Shown: positions 48,601 through 58,142 of the stretch, one piece after another
Position numbering within the stretch: position 1 is the first letter of the stretch
Layout: each line of letters starts with the position of its first letter
Assembly (NCBI GenBank): GCA_031408575.1
Contig: JANNWS010000170.1
Coordinates: 718 to 64,717, forward strand
Length of the DNA stretch: 64,000 nt
Reading direction: 5' to 3'
From: Rhodobacterales bacterium
GTDB lineage: Bacteria > Pseudomonadota > Alphaproteobacteria > Rhodobacterales > Rhodobacteraceae
Position numbers and translations under genes: made by a program
Notes under the pieces: model-generated
Databases searched by the model: none
What the model saw: the letters and a program-made list of their open reading frames with translations, nothing else
Told to the model about the DNA's origin: nothing

Positions 48601-51240
48601 TCAGGACTTGATCAGATCGCGCAACTCATAGATCAGGCGCAGCGCTTCCATGGGTGTCAGATCGTCGGGGTGAGCGGCGCCAAGCCGCTCTTCCAGCGCC
48701 GTCGTCTTTTTCGAAGGGAGTGAAGGCTGTGCAGGGGCTGCCCGAAAAAGTGGCAGATCGTCAATCAGCGCGCGCGGCCTGGCCCCGCCCTGCCGCTCGC
48801 CCGATTCCAATGCCTCAAGTACCACCTTTGCCCGCTCGATCACGCTGGCTGGCAGACCTGCAAGACGCGCCACCTGGACACCATAGGATCGGTCAGCCGC
48901 ACCTTTCCGCACCTCGTGCAGAAAGATCACCTCGCCCTCCCATTCCTTCACCGTCACGGTCGCATTCTCGACGCCGGGCAGCTTTCCCGCCAACGCCGTC
49001 ATCTCGTGGTAATGCGTAGCAAACAGCGCGCGGCAGCAGTTGACATCGTGCAGGTGCTCCAACGTTGCCCAGGCGATGGACAGGCCGTCATATGTGGCCG
49101 TTCCGCGCCCGATCTCATCCAGAATGACCAGCGCCCGGTCGTCAGCCCGATGCAGGATCGCCGCCGTTTCGACCATTTCGACCATGAAGGTCGACCGTCC
49201 ACGGGCCAGATCATCCGATGCGCCGACCCGGCTGAACAACTGGCTGACCAGCCCAATGTGCGCGGCCGAGGCCGGCACGAAGCTTCCCGCCTGGGCCAGC
49301 AGCGCGATCAGCGCGTTCTGCCGCAGAAAGGTTGATTTCCCCGCCATGTTAGGCCCGGTCAGAAGCCAGATCGCGGGCGTCCCGGCTTCCGTCAGTCCAC
49401 AGTCGTTCGCAACGAACGATGAGCCGCCCTGCCGCTGCAGCGCTCGTTCCACCACCGGATGTCGGCCGCCAGTGACGATAAAGGCGCGACTGTTGTCTAC
49501 CAGCGGCTCTACCCAGCTTTCCGATGCCGCAATGTCGGCAAGCGCCGCCGCAAGATCGATCTCGGCCAGCCCGCGCGCCGCAGCCCCAATTGGGCCGGCT
49601 TGCGCAAGAACCGCTTCTTTCAGGCCGTCATAGATCCGCTTTTCAATATCCAGCGCGTGGTTTCCTGCGTTCAGGATCCGTGTTTCGATCTCTGACAGGG
49701 ACACTGTCGTGAACCGCACCTGATTGGCCGTCGTCTGGCGGTGGATGAACGTCTCTGACAGTGGGGTCGACAGCATGCGCTCCGCGTGCGTATCCGTCGT
49801 CTCGATGAAATAGCCCAGCACGTTGTTGTGCCTGATCTTTAGGCCTGACACCCCGCTCAACGTCACATATTCGGCTTGCATCGCCGCGATGACGCTGCGC
49901 CCCTCGTCCCGCAGGCGTCGCGTGTCATCCAGCTCGGCGTCATGCCCCGTAGCGACAAACCCGCCATCGCGCGCCAAAAGTGGCGGCTCCGCTACCAGCG
50001 CCGCTTCTAGTCGCGCGATCAGTGCGCCATGTCCCGCCAGCGACTCTGCTGCGCTTCCCAGCAGCGACGGCGCGTCCCCCAGCTTCGCCGCAACCGCCTC
50101 TGCCTGTGCCAGCCCTGCGCGGATCGCCCCCAGATCGCGCGGCCCGCCCCGATCCAACGCAAGCCGCGACAGCGCCCGGTCGATATCGGGAACGCGGCGC
50201 AAGTCAGTCCGCAAGTCTTCACGCAATCGACCCTGTTCAAACAGAAACCGAACGGCCGCAAGCCGCGAGTGGATAACCGACAGATCGCAGGACGGCCCCG
50301 TCAGCCGTTGGTCCAGAAGCCGCGCCCCCGCCGCCGTCACCGTCCGGTCCACCGCTGCCAGCAAAGACCCTTCGCGTCCGCCGCCTATGCTTGTGGCAAT
50401 TTCCAGATTGCGCCGCGTCGCCGCGTCGATTTGCATCGCGGCTCCGGTTGCCTCTTGCACCGGCACCCGCAGGAATGGCAGTTTGCCGCGCTGTGTCAGA
50501 TCCAGATAGTCAACGATCCCGCCCATCGCCGCCACTTCCGCCCGCCCGAATGCGCCGAATGCGTCGAGCGTTTCCACCCCGAACAGTGCACATAGCCGCC
50601 GTTCTGCTGAAACGCTGTCAAATGACGACCGCGCCAACCCGGTCAGCGACGCACCCGCCTCGGCCACAACGTCGGCCCAATCCGCCTCGCGTGCCTCGCT
50701 CACCAGAACCTCGCGGGGCGCCAGCCGCGCCAATTCCGGCGCCAGCCGCGCGCCTGGACAGGTCATGACCCGGAACTCGCCCGTCGAGATATCCACCCAG
50801 GCCAGCGCTGCCTCGTCCCGCACTTCGGCATAGGCCGCCAGATGGTTGTGTCGCCGCGCCTCCAGCAGGCTTTCCTCGGTCAACGTCCCCGGCGTCACCA
50901 GCCGCACGACATCCCGCTTCACCACAGACTTGTACCCGCGCCGCTTCGCCTCGGCCGGGTCTTCCATTTGCTCGGCTATCGCTACGCGAAAACCTTTGCG
51001 GATCAGCGTCAGAAGATAGCCTTCGGCGGCATGAACCGGAACGCCACACATGGCAATATCTGCGCCCAGATGCTTGCCCCGTTTTGTCAGCGCAATATCA
51101 AGCGCGGCCGAGGCCGCCCGCGCATCGTCAAAGAACATCTCATAGAAATCGCCCATCCGGTAAAACAGCAGCGCGCCCGGATAGCCTGCCTTGATCTCCA
51201 GATACTGCGCCATCATCGGCGTTACTGTGTCGTCGGTCAC
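48601..51240 (-). CDS. mutS: DNA mismatch repair protein MutS
   Basis: TPMMAQYLEIKAGYPGALLFYRMGDFYEMFFDDA; Walker A GPNMAGKSTFLRQ; DEIGRGTATYDGLSIA. GTG 51240 is preferred as start (AGGGGGGA SD 5 nt upstream). Alternatives: ATG 51279 (track) or 51216. Confidence 0.95.
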   Translation of the reverse strand: MTDDTVTPMMAQYLEIKAGYPGALLFYRMGDFYEMFFDDARAASAALDIALTKRGKHLGADIAMCGVPVHAAEGYLLTLIRKGFRVAIAEQMEDPAEAKRRGYKSVVKRDVVRLVTPGTLTEESLLEARRHNHLAAYAEVRDEAALAWVDISTGEFRVMTCPGARLAPELARLAPREVLVSEAREADWADVVAEAGASLTGLARSSFDSVSAERRLCALFGVETLDAFGAFGRAEVAAMGGIVDYLDLTQRGKLPFLRVPVQEATGAAMQIDAATRRNLEIATSIGGGREGSLLAAVDRTVTAAGARLLDQRLTGPSCDLSVIHSRLAAVRFLFEQGRLREDLRTDLRRVPDIDRALSRLALDRGGPRDLGAIRAGLAQAEAVAAKLGDAPSLLGSAAESLAGHGALIARLEAALVAEPPLLARDGGFVATGHDAELDDTRRLRDEGRSVIAAMQAEYVTLSGVSGLKIRHNNVLGYFIETTDTHAERMLSTPLSETFIHRQTTANQVRFTTVSLSEIETRILNAGNHALDIEKRIYDGLKEAVLAQAGPIGAAARGLAEIDLAAALADIAASESWVEPLVDNSRAFIVTGGRHPVVERALQRQGGSSFVANDCGLTEAGTPAIWLLTGPNMAGKSTFLRQNALIALLAQAGSFVPASAAHIGLVSQLFSRVGASDDLARGRSTFMVEMVETAAILHRADDRALVILDEIGRGTATYDGLSIAWATLEHLHDVNCCRALFATHYHEMTALAGKLPGVENATVTVKEWEGEVIFLHEVRKGAADRSYGVQVARLAGLPASVIERAKVVLEALESGERQGGARPRALIDDLPLFRAAPAQPSLPSKKTTALEERLGAAHPDDLTPMEALRLIYELRDLIKS

Positions 51241-51364
51241 GAAGTCCCCCCTAATGCCGACAGACCCTACAAAACCCATCCGTATGCGGAAAGCGCCAAT
51301 TCCATCCTTGTTGCAGCGCTGTGTCGGGCGTTATCAAGGCCCAACACAGCAAGGGACGAAAATC

Positions 51365-52222
51365 GTGGCGGTCTGGAACCTCGGCTCGATCAACATCGAC
51401 CACGTCTATCGTGTCCCGCATCTGCCGCTGCCCGGCGAAACGCTGGCAGCCCTCGACTACAGCATGGGCCTTGGGGGCAAGGGCGCAAATCAGTCGGTCG
51501 CCGCCGCCCGCGCCGGGGCGCATGCGCTGCACATCGGCGCGGTCGGCCCCGAAGGCGCTTGGGCGCGTGATCTGCTTGCCGACTACGGCGTCGATGTCAC
51601 CCATGTCGGCATCGGCACCGTCGCGTCGGGTCACGCCATTATCAACGTCGATCCGCAGGCGGAAAATGCGATCGTTACCTTCGGCGGCGCGAATCGCAGC
51701 GCAACCGGGGCAACTGTTGCCGCAGCACTTGCAAACGCTCTGCCCACGGATACGCTGCTTTTGCAGAACGAAACCTCGGCGCAGGTCGAGGCGGCACAGA
51801 TCGCCCGCGCCAAAGGGCTGCGGACCATCTATTCTGCCGCCCCGTTTCAGGTGGCCGCCGTCACCGCCATCCTGCCCCATACCACGCTTCTGGTTATGAA
51901 CGCCGGCGAAGCCGCCGAGCTTCGCACCGCCTTCGGGCAGCTTCCGGCGATTGATGTGATCATCACGCGCGGGTCTCACGGGGCCGAATGGCTTTCCCCC
52001 AATACGGACCCGCTGTTCGTTCCGGCGTTTCGTGTCACCCCCGTCGACACCACCGGCGCGGGCGATTGTTTCATCGGCACATTGGCCGCAGCACTTGATG
52101 CGGGCCTGACGCGTCTGTTTGCCATGCGCCGCGCCTCTGCTGCGGCCGCCGTTCAGGTCACCCGCCCCGGTGCGGCGCAGGCCATGCCGACGGCAGCCGA
52201 GGTTGATGCCTTCCTTGCCTAA
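51365..52222 (+). CDS. rbsK: Ribokinase / PfkB family sugar kinase
   Basis: [57 protein letters not shown]. Start is uncertain: in-frame GTG 51365 with AAGGGA upstream, versus ATG 51284. The track start 51191 lies inside mutS. Confidence 0.8.
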   Translation: MAVWNLGSINIDHVYRVPHLPLPGETLAALDYSMGLGGKGANQSVAAARAGAHALHIGAVGPEGAWARDLLADYGVDVTHVGIGTVASGHAIINVDPQAENAIVTFGGANRSATGATVAAALANALPTDTLLLQNETSAQVEAAQIARAKGLRTIYSAAPFQVAAVTAILPHTTLLVMNAGEAAELRTAFGQLPAIDVIITRGSHGAEWLSPNTDPLFVPAFRVTPVDTTGAGDCFIGTLAAALDAGLTRLFAMRRASAAAAVQVTRPGAAQAMPTAAEVDAFLA

Positions 52223-52860
52223 TGTGCGAACGCGGCGTCAGCACCCCACAGCGCCTTGATGCGTTCGTCCCGCCCGCAGGCGTCACGATACAGCGCGTAG
52301 GCCGATGCTTTCGTGCGCGGGCCAAAGCGCGTCAGGATGATATCGTCGCTCTTGTAATAATCCTGATGGTACTCTTCGGCCGGGTAGAACGCTTGAGCAG
52401 TCAGGATTTTGGTCGCAATATTGGACCCAAGCGCTGCACCCGCTGCGGCTTTTGCGGCCTCGGCTGATGCCTTTTCCGCATCATCAGAGACGAAAACTGC
52501 CGTGCGATAGCTGTCACCCCGGTCACAGAACTGCCCGCCCCCATCCGTCGGATCGACCGACCGGAAGAACAGCCGCAGCAACTCGTCATAGCTGACCTTG
52601 TTGCTGTCATAGGTGATCTTGACCGCCTCATAGTGCCCGGTTCCGCCCGCAGTGACTTGCTTGTAGGTCGGGTTGGCGTTGCTTCCGCCGGCAAAGCCCG
52701 AAACCACTTTTTTCACCCCCGGCACCGTCTCGAAGTCGCTTTCAACGCACCAGAAGCAGCCGCCGGCAACCACTGCCGTTTTCGTCTCGGCCAAAGCCGC
52801 GCTGCCAAAGCCTGTCGCCAGCGTCAGGCCCAAAGCCGCAGTTTTCCAAATATCAAGCAT
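52219..52860 (-). CDS. msrA: Peptide-methionine (S)-S-oxide reductase MsrA with predicted signal peptide
   Basis: Track ORF 52219..53166 trimmed to ATG 52860: [44 protein letters not shown] (GCFWC active site) ...EEYHQDYY. Confidence 0.9.
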   Translation of the reverse strand: MLDIWKTAALGLTLATGFGSAALAETKTAVVAGGCFWCVESDFETVPGVKKVVSGFAGGSNANPTYKQVTAGGTGHYEAVKITYDSNKVSYDELLRLFFRSVDPTDGGGQFCDRGDSYRTAVFVSDDAEKASAEAAKAAAGAALGSNIATKILTAQAFYPAEEYHQDYYKSDDIILTRFGPRTKASAYALYRDACGRDERIKALWGADAAFAH

Positions 52861-53183
52861 CACTATCCATCCTCCTGTTGGTCCGAAGATGCTGGTGTGC
52901 GGCGTCTGCGTCCATTCACCGACCCGTGTGTCACGCAACGGTGATCGGTCCCCCGGACTGAGCACGTCCACTCGACCCGGACCGCGCCTAAGCCGGGGGC
53001 AGTCGGTTTGGTTAGACTGTATGCTGTCAATAGCCGGCACCGACAGGGCGCAGTTGGCGCATTCACAGACAGGCGGAAAGCAAGGTCGCCTGGCCCGTGC
53101 CCGCCAAACCTGGAAAGCCGCCGGTGATCCACCCACCGGACGTGCAAGGCGCTGACACATGCCCAAGCGGTTCGGGGCGCAGG

Positions 53184-54410
53184 TTACTTCTTGACGCGCG
53201 CGTTCCGGGTTGCGATCAGCTTCAGCCGCAGCGCATTCAACCGGATAAAGCCCGCCGCGTCCTTTTGATCGTAGGCACCGGCATCCTCTTCAAAGGTGAC
53301 GTGCTTTTCGGAATAAAGCGAATGATCCGACCATCGAGCCACTGTCCGGGCCAGCCCCTTGTACAGCTTTACACGGACGGTCCCCGTCACATGCTCTTGC
53401 GACTTGTCGATCAATGCCTGCAACATCTCCCTCTCGGGCGAATACCAGAAGCCGTTATAGATCAATTCGGCATATCGAGGCATGATGCTGTCTTTCAGGT
53501 GTCCCGCGCCTGAATCCAGCGTGATCTGCTCGATCCCGCGATGCGCTTCCAGCAAGATCGTCCCGCCCGGCGTCTCGTAGACCCCGCGTGACTTCATGCC
53601 CACAAAGCGGTTCTCCACCAGATCAAGCCGCCCCACGCCATGCTTTCCGCCCAACTCGTTCAGCCGGGTCAGGATCGTGGCCGGCGACAGCGCAACCCCG
53701 TTGATCGCAACCGCATCGCCCGCCTCGAAAGTGATCTCGACCATCTCGGGCGTATCAGGCGCCGCCTCGGGTGCCACAGTACGCTGGAATACATATTCCG
53801 GCGGCTCAACGCCCGGATTTTCCAGAACTTTCCCCTCGGATGAGGTGTGCAGCAGGTTCGCATCCACGCTAAACGGCGCTTCGCCGCGCTTGTCCTTGGC
53901 AATCGGGATCTGGTTCGCCTCGGCAAAGGCCAGCAGCGTCGTCCGGCTGGTCAGCGCCCATTCGCGCCAGGGCGCAATCACCCGGATTGCCGGATTCAGC
54001 GCATAGGCGGTCAGCTCGAACCGCACCTGATCGTTGCCCTTGCCGGTCGCGCCATGTGCCACGGCATCCGCCCCGGTCATCGCCGCAATCTCGACCAGGC
54101 GTTTGGCGATCAGCGGGCGGGCGATCGACGTGCCAAGCAGATACAGCCCCTCATAAAGCGCATTCGCCCGAAACATCGGGAACACGAAGTCGCGCACGAA
54201 TTCTTCGCGCACATCCTCGATGTGAATATTCTCCGGCTTGATCCCCAGCAGGATCGCCTTTTCCCGCGCCGGCTCTAGCTCTTCGCCCTGCCCCAGATCG
54301 GCGGTAAAGGTAACCACCTCGCAGCCATATTCTGTCTGCAGCCACTTCAGGATGATCGAGGTATCAAGCCCCCCCGAATAGGCAAGCACGACTTTCTTCG
54401 GCGCAGACAT
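53184..54410 (-). CDS. argG: Argininosuccinate synthase
   Basis: Trimmed to ATG 54410: [24 protein letters not shown]...; [13 protein letters not shown]. 408 aa. Confidence 0.96.
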   Translation of the reverse strand: MSAPKKVVLAYSGGLDTSIILKWLQTEYGCEVVTFTADLGQGEELEPAREKAILLGIKPENIHIEDVREEFVRDFVFPMFRANALYEGLYLLGTSIARPLIAKRLVEIAAMTGADAVAHGATGKGNDQVRFELTAYALNPAIRVIAPWREWALTSRTTLLAFAEANQIPIAKDKRGEAPFSVDANLLHTSSEGKVLENPGVEPPEYVFQRTVAPEAAPDTPEMVEITFEAGDAVAINGVALSPATILTRLNELGGKHGVGRLDLVENRFVGMKSRGVYETPGGTILLEAHRGIEQITLDSGAGHLKDSIMPRYAELIYNGFWYSPEREMLQALIDKSQEHVTGTVRVKLYKGLARTVARWSDHSLYSEKHVTFEEDAGAYDQKDAAGFIRLNALRLKLIATRNARVKK

Positions 54411-54516
54411 GCGGGGCTCCTTCGCGGCAATCGTGCCGGGCGGTCTATTGGCTTTTCCCCTGCCAAACAAGAGGCTGGCCTTGTGGCTGGGCTTAGCGAG
54501 GGTCTAGAGTCCTTGC

Positions 54517-55764
54517 ATGACACAATTCGCCGATGCCGCCCGCCATGCCACGCTTACCCTACGCGAGTTGTTTCCCGAAACACCGCTGCAGCGAAACGAT
54601 CACCTCTGCCAGCGCTATGACGCCGAGATCTGGCTGAAACGAGAGGATCTGAGCCCGGTCCGCAGCTATAAACTACGGGGTGCTTTTACCGCGATGCGCA
54701 AACATCGCGCGGCGCATCCCGATCAGCGGCAGTTTGTCTGTGCGAGCGCCGGTAACCACGCGCAAGGCGTGGCATATGCGTGCCGCCATTTCGGGGTGCA
54801 GGGCGTCATTTTCATGCCGGTGACCACGCCGCAGCAAAAGATTGACAAGACGCGGACCTTTGGCGGCGATGCGGTGGAAATTGTCCTGACTGGCGATTAT
54901 TTCGACCAGACGCTGGCCGCAGCGCAGGCTTATTGTGCCGAAAGGCATGCGCATTTCCTGTCACCCTTCGACGACCCCGACGTGATCGAGGGGCAGGCCA
55001 GCGTCGGCGTGGAAATCCTTGACCAGTTGGGTCGTGCGCCCGATCTGGTGATTCTGCCCGTCGGCGGCGGCGGGCTGGCGTCGGGTGTGACTGGCTATCT
55101 GCGTGAGGCGTCACCCGGCACGGATTATCGCTTTGTCGAGCCTTTGGGCGGTGCAAGCCTGACTGTCGCGCTGTCGAATGGCGGGCCTGCCACGCTGCCA
55201 AAGGTCAACAGTTTCGTCGATGGTGCGGCAGTGGCGCGGATCGGGGCGAACAACTTTGCGCGATTGGATTGGGTGCGCCCGGATCAGGTGCTGCTGGCAC
55301 CGGAAGACCGCATTTGCGTGACCATGCTGCAGTTCCTGAATATCGAGGGCATCGTGCTGGAACCCGCGGGCGCGCTTGCGGTCGATGTGTTGCCCGATCT
55401 TGCGGATTTGATTCGGGGGAAGACGGTGGTTTGTGTCACCTCCGGCGGAAATTTCGATTTCGAACGCCTGCCCGAAGTCAAAGAGCGCGCCCAACGCTAT
55501 TCCGGTGTGAAGAAATACTTCATCCTGCGGATGCCACAGCGCCCCGGCGCGCTGCGCGAGTTTTTGATGATGCTGGGTGCGGACGATGACATCGCCCGCT
55601 TTGAATATCTGAAGAAGTCGGCGCGAAACTTTGGCTCCGTCTTGATTGGAATCGAGACAAAAGCAGCGCAAAACTTTGTCCAGCTGTTCAGCAGGATGGA
55701 CGCGGCGGGCTTTACCTACCGCGACATCACGCAGGACGAGGCGCTGGCCGAATTTCTGATCTAA
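54517..55764 (+). CDS. ilvA: Threonine ammonia-lyase (threonine dehydratase)
   Basis: 415 aa. LKREDLSPVRSYKLRGA (PLP-Lys), SAGNHAQGVA, PVGGGGLASG. Single C-terminal ACT-like regulatory domain. Confidence 0.9.
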   Translation: MTQFADAARHATLTLRELFPETPLQRNDHLCQRYDAEIWLKREDLSPVRSYKLRGAFTAMRKHRAAHPDQRQFVCASAGNHAQGVAYACRHFGVQGVIFMPVTTPQQKIDKTRTFGGDAVEIVLTGDYFDQTLAAAQAYCAERHAHFLSPFDDPDVIEGQASVGVEILDQLGRAPDLVILPVGGGGLASGVTGYLREASPGTDYRFVEPLGGASLTVALSNGGPATLPKVNSFVDGAAVARIGANNFARLDWVRPDQVLLAPEDRICVTMLQFLNIEGIVLEPAGALAVDVLPDLADLIRGKTVVCVTSGGNFDFERLPEVKERAQRYSGVKKYFILRMPQRPGALREFLMMLGADDDIARFEYLKKSARNFGSVLIGIETKAAQNFVQLFSRMDAAGFTYRDITQDEALAEFLI

Positions 55765-56087
55765 GCCGCACGGGTGCGTTGCAGTCCAGCCTCGAACGCC
55801 GCGCGAGTTGCTTCGTAGCTGGTTGTCACGCACGCCAGATCGACGGCGCCACCCCGTTCGGCCAGCTTTTCACCTTGACTGCACAGGGACGCAAGCTCTC
55901 GAAAGCCAAGGTTAAGCGCGCTGCCTTTCAGAAAATGCAGTTCTGCCTCAAGTGTTGGATAGGGGCGGCCGGCATGCAGCCGGGCAATGACCTCATCCGA
56001 CTCACTCAAGAACATTTCGACAACTTCGGTAAAGTCCGAATCGCCGATTTCAGCGCGCAGGTTTGCCACGCGTTCCCAGTCTATCAT
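55761..56087 (-). CDS. Histidine phosphotransfer (HPt) domain protein
   Basis: Trimmed to ATG 56087 (GGAGGG SD 7 nt upstream). ...LEAELHFLKGSALNLGF (H-x-L-K-G-S HPt signature). Confidence 0.8.
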   Translation of the reverse strand: MIDWERVANLRAEIGDSDFTEVVEMFLSESDEVIARLHAGRPYPTLEAELHFLKGSALNLGFRELASLCSQGEKLAERGGAVDLACVTTSYEATRAAFEAGLQRTRAA

Positions 56088-56222
56088 ATCACCCTCCGTC
56101 ACTCCGGCCGGGACCGGTACCCACAGGCACAGCTTGCCGCCGTCACGCTTAATGCGGCGTAAGCCCGGTCGCGCCGAGCATGGACAATTTTAGACTTCAC
56201 CTTGTCTTAAGCGGCGCAGGCC

Positions 56223-57539
56223 ATGTCTTTGGGCAGTAGCGCGGGGAAGCTGGTGCAAGAACGGACTGAACTCCAGACCAACAGCGACCCCGCGCAGGGG
56301 CGGCGCCCACCTGCGCCGTGCGATGTGCTGGTTGTTGATGACAGCGCGGCTCAACGCCGTGTGCTGTCGCTTCAACTGCGCCGCTGGGGCTACAGAGTGA
56401 CCGAAGCCGATTCGGGCGAAGCCGCGCTGGCGTTGTGCAACAAGATGGTTTTCGACATGATCCTGAGCGATTGGGTCATGCCGGGCATGACCGGGCTTGA
56501 TCTGTGTCGTGCCGTGCGGACTATCCCGCGAGAAGGGTACGGGTATTTCATCCTGCTGACGTCAAAGTCCGACAAGGCCGAGGTGGCCGACGGGCTGGAT
56601 GGCGGTGCGGATGATTTTCTGTCCAAACCGATCAACCCGGACGAACTGCGTGCCCGCATGCGCGCCGGGGCGCGAATCCTCGCCATGCACCAGGAGCTGG
56701 TCGAGAAGAATCGGCTTGTCCGCTCTACGCTTGGTGAATTGCAGGCGGTGTATGACACGCTTGACCGTGATCTGATCGAGGCGCGCAAGCTGCAACAGAC
56801 CCTTGTTCGCGACCGGCATCAGGATTTCGGGCAGGCGGCTGTCTCTATTCTGCTGCGTCCTTCGGGCCACGTCGGCGGCGATTTGGTGGGCTGGTTCCGC
56901 ATCAATCCGCGCCGCGTGGCGCTTTATGCCGTCGATGTGTCGGGACACGGCGTTGCATCGGCAATGATGACGGCGCGGCTGGCGGGCCTGCTGTGTGGGA
57001 CCGCGCCCGAGCACAACTATGCCCTGGCGCCCGGTCCGAACGGCAACCGAGAGACCTGGCCACCGGAAATGGTCGCCTTTCGCTTTAACCGGATGATGCT
57101 GGAGGACATGCAGGTCGATCAGTATTTCACGATGGCCTATGCCGAGGTTGATTTGCAATCCGGCAAGATTTCCCTCGTGCAGGCAGGTCACCCGCACCCC
57201 GCAATTTTGCGCGCGACTGGCACAGTAGACTATTTGGGGCAAGGCGGCCTGCCGATCGGGCTGATCAGCGGGGCAAGCTACGACCGTGTTGAGAGCAGGC
57301 TTTTTCCGGGCGACAGGCTGTTTCTGGTTTCAGACGGCGTGACGGAATGCGCCGATCCTTCCGGGAGCGAATTGGGCGAAGAGGGTTTGACCCGTCTCCT
57401 CGTCCGGAATGCCGCCCTTTCAAGCCCGGCACTGCTGGAGGCGCTGGTGTGGGATTTGCTTAACTATGCGGGCGAAGTTGATTTTCGCGATGATGTGTCG
57501 GGCGTGATGTTTGATTTTCGTGGTCCCGCCGCAGGTTGA
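56223..57539 (+). CDS. Response-regulator receiver fused to a PP2C/SpoIIE-type phosphatase
   Basis: 438 aa. REC: VLVVDDSAAQRR...MILSDWVMPGMTGLDLC...ILLTSKSD...DDFLSKP. PP2C: GHVGGDLVGWF...LYAVDVSGHGVASAMM...LFLVSDGVTE. Confidence 0.85.
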   Translation: MSLGSSAGKLVQERTELQTNSDPAQGRRPPAPCDVLVVDDSAAQRRVLSLQLRRWGYRVTEADSGEAALALCNKMVFDMILSDWVMPGMTGLDLCRAVRTIPREGYGYFILLTSKSDKAEVADGLDGGADDFLSKPINPDELRARMRAGARILAMHQELVEKNRLVRSTLGELQAVYDTLDRDLIEARKLQQTLVRDRHQDFGQAAVSILLRPSGHVGGDLVGWFRINPRRVALYAVDVSGHGVASAMMTARLAGLLCGTAPEHNYALAPGPNGNRETWPPEMVAFRFNRMMLEDMQVDQYFTMAYAEVDLQSGKISLVQAGHPHPAILRATGTVDYLGQGGLPIGLISGASYDRVESRLFPGDRLFLVSDGVTECADPSGSELGEEGLTRLLVRNAALSSPALLEALVWDLLNYAGEVDFRDDVSGVMFDFRGPAAG

Positions 57540-57628
57540 TGTTTGGCAAAAGCGCCATTCTTGTATCCGGAAGCAAAGGGCCGCGCGCTATTTCCGGCAA
57601 GCCGAGCGCCACCAAAAGACTGGCCGCC

Positions 57629-58066
57629 CTACCGCGTGATTGCGGCCAGCATGGCCCGGTCGCCTGGATTGCCTAGAAGGCGCAGCGCTTCTTCGATGGG
57701 CAACCAGACGGCCGTATGCCCCGCTTCGTGGGCCGGACCCAGCCGATAGACCGGTCTGGCAACATAGATAGTGCAGATTTTTTCCGCCCAGAACTTGTAT
57801 TCCGGCATGTAGGTAAAGCGCCTGAAAGCCCCGATCCGGCGCGTGACGTCAATTTTCCAACCTGTTTCCTCGAACACCTCGCGGTGCAGGGCGGCTTCGG
57901 GCTGTTCGCCTTTGTCGATACCGCCACCCGGCAGCTGAAACTCGGGCGCGGGCGCATCTTGAAAGGTCGCAAGGATGCTGTCGCCGCGCAGCAGCACCGC
58001 ATAAACACCCGGCCTGCGCCGATAGTGTTGCCCCGGCTTGACCGTCTCGCCGTAACGTCTGATCAT
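57629..58066 (-). CDS. NUDIX hydrolase
   Basis: 145 aa. Nudix box GGGIDKGEQPEAALHREVFEETG. Confidence 0.85.
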   Translation of the reverse strand: MIRRYGETVKPGQHYRRRPGVYAVLLRGDSILATFQDAPAPEFQLPGGGIDKGEQPEAALHREVFEETGWKIDVTRRIGAFRRFTYMPEYKFWAEKICTIYVARPVYRLGPAHEAGHTAVWLPIEEALRLLGNPGDRAMLAAITR

Positions 58067-58142
58067 GAAGTGCCCTTGGTGCTTTGGTTGCCCTGCCTAC
58101 ATAGCTCGGGTATGCCAAGGCTGGCTTGCCAAGGAAACCCCA

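Noticed and set aside
52861-53166. N-terminal 102-aa extension of the msrA track ORF. Similar extensions occur on the ahcY, tsaD, gpsA, addB, addA, hslU, rho, coaE, hslO, cca, argG and hemD track ORFs.
   Set aside because: The extensions lack conservation-like sequence. They overlap neighbouring genes or spacers, and internal ATG/GTG codons with SD sequences or ATGA-type coupling reproduce the canonical N-termini.
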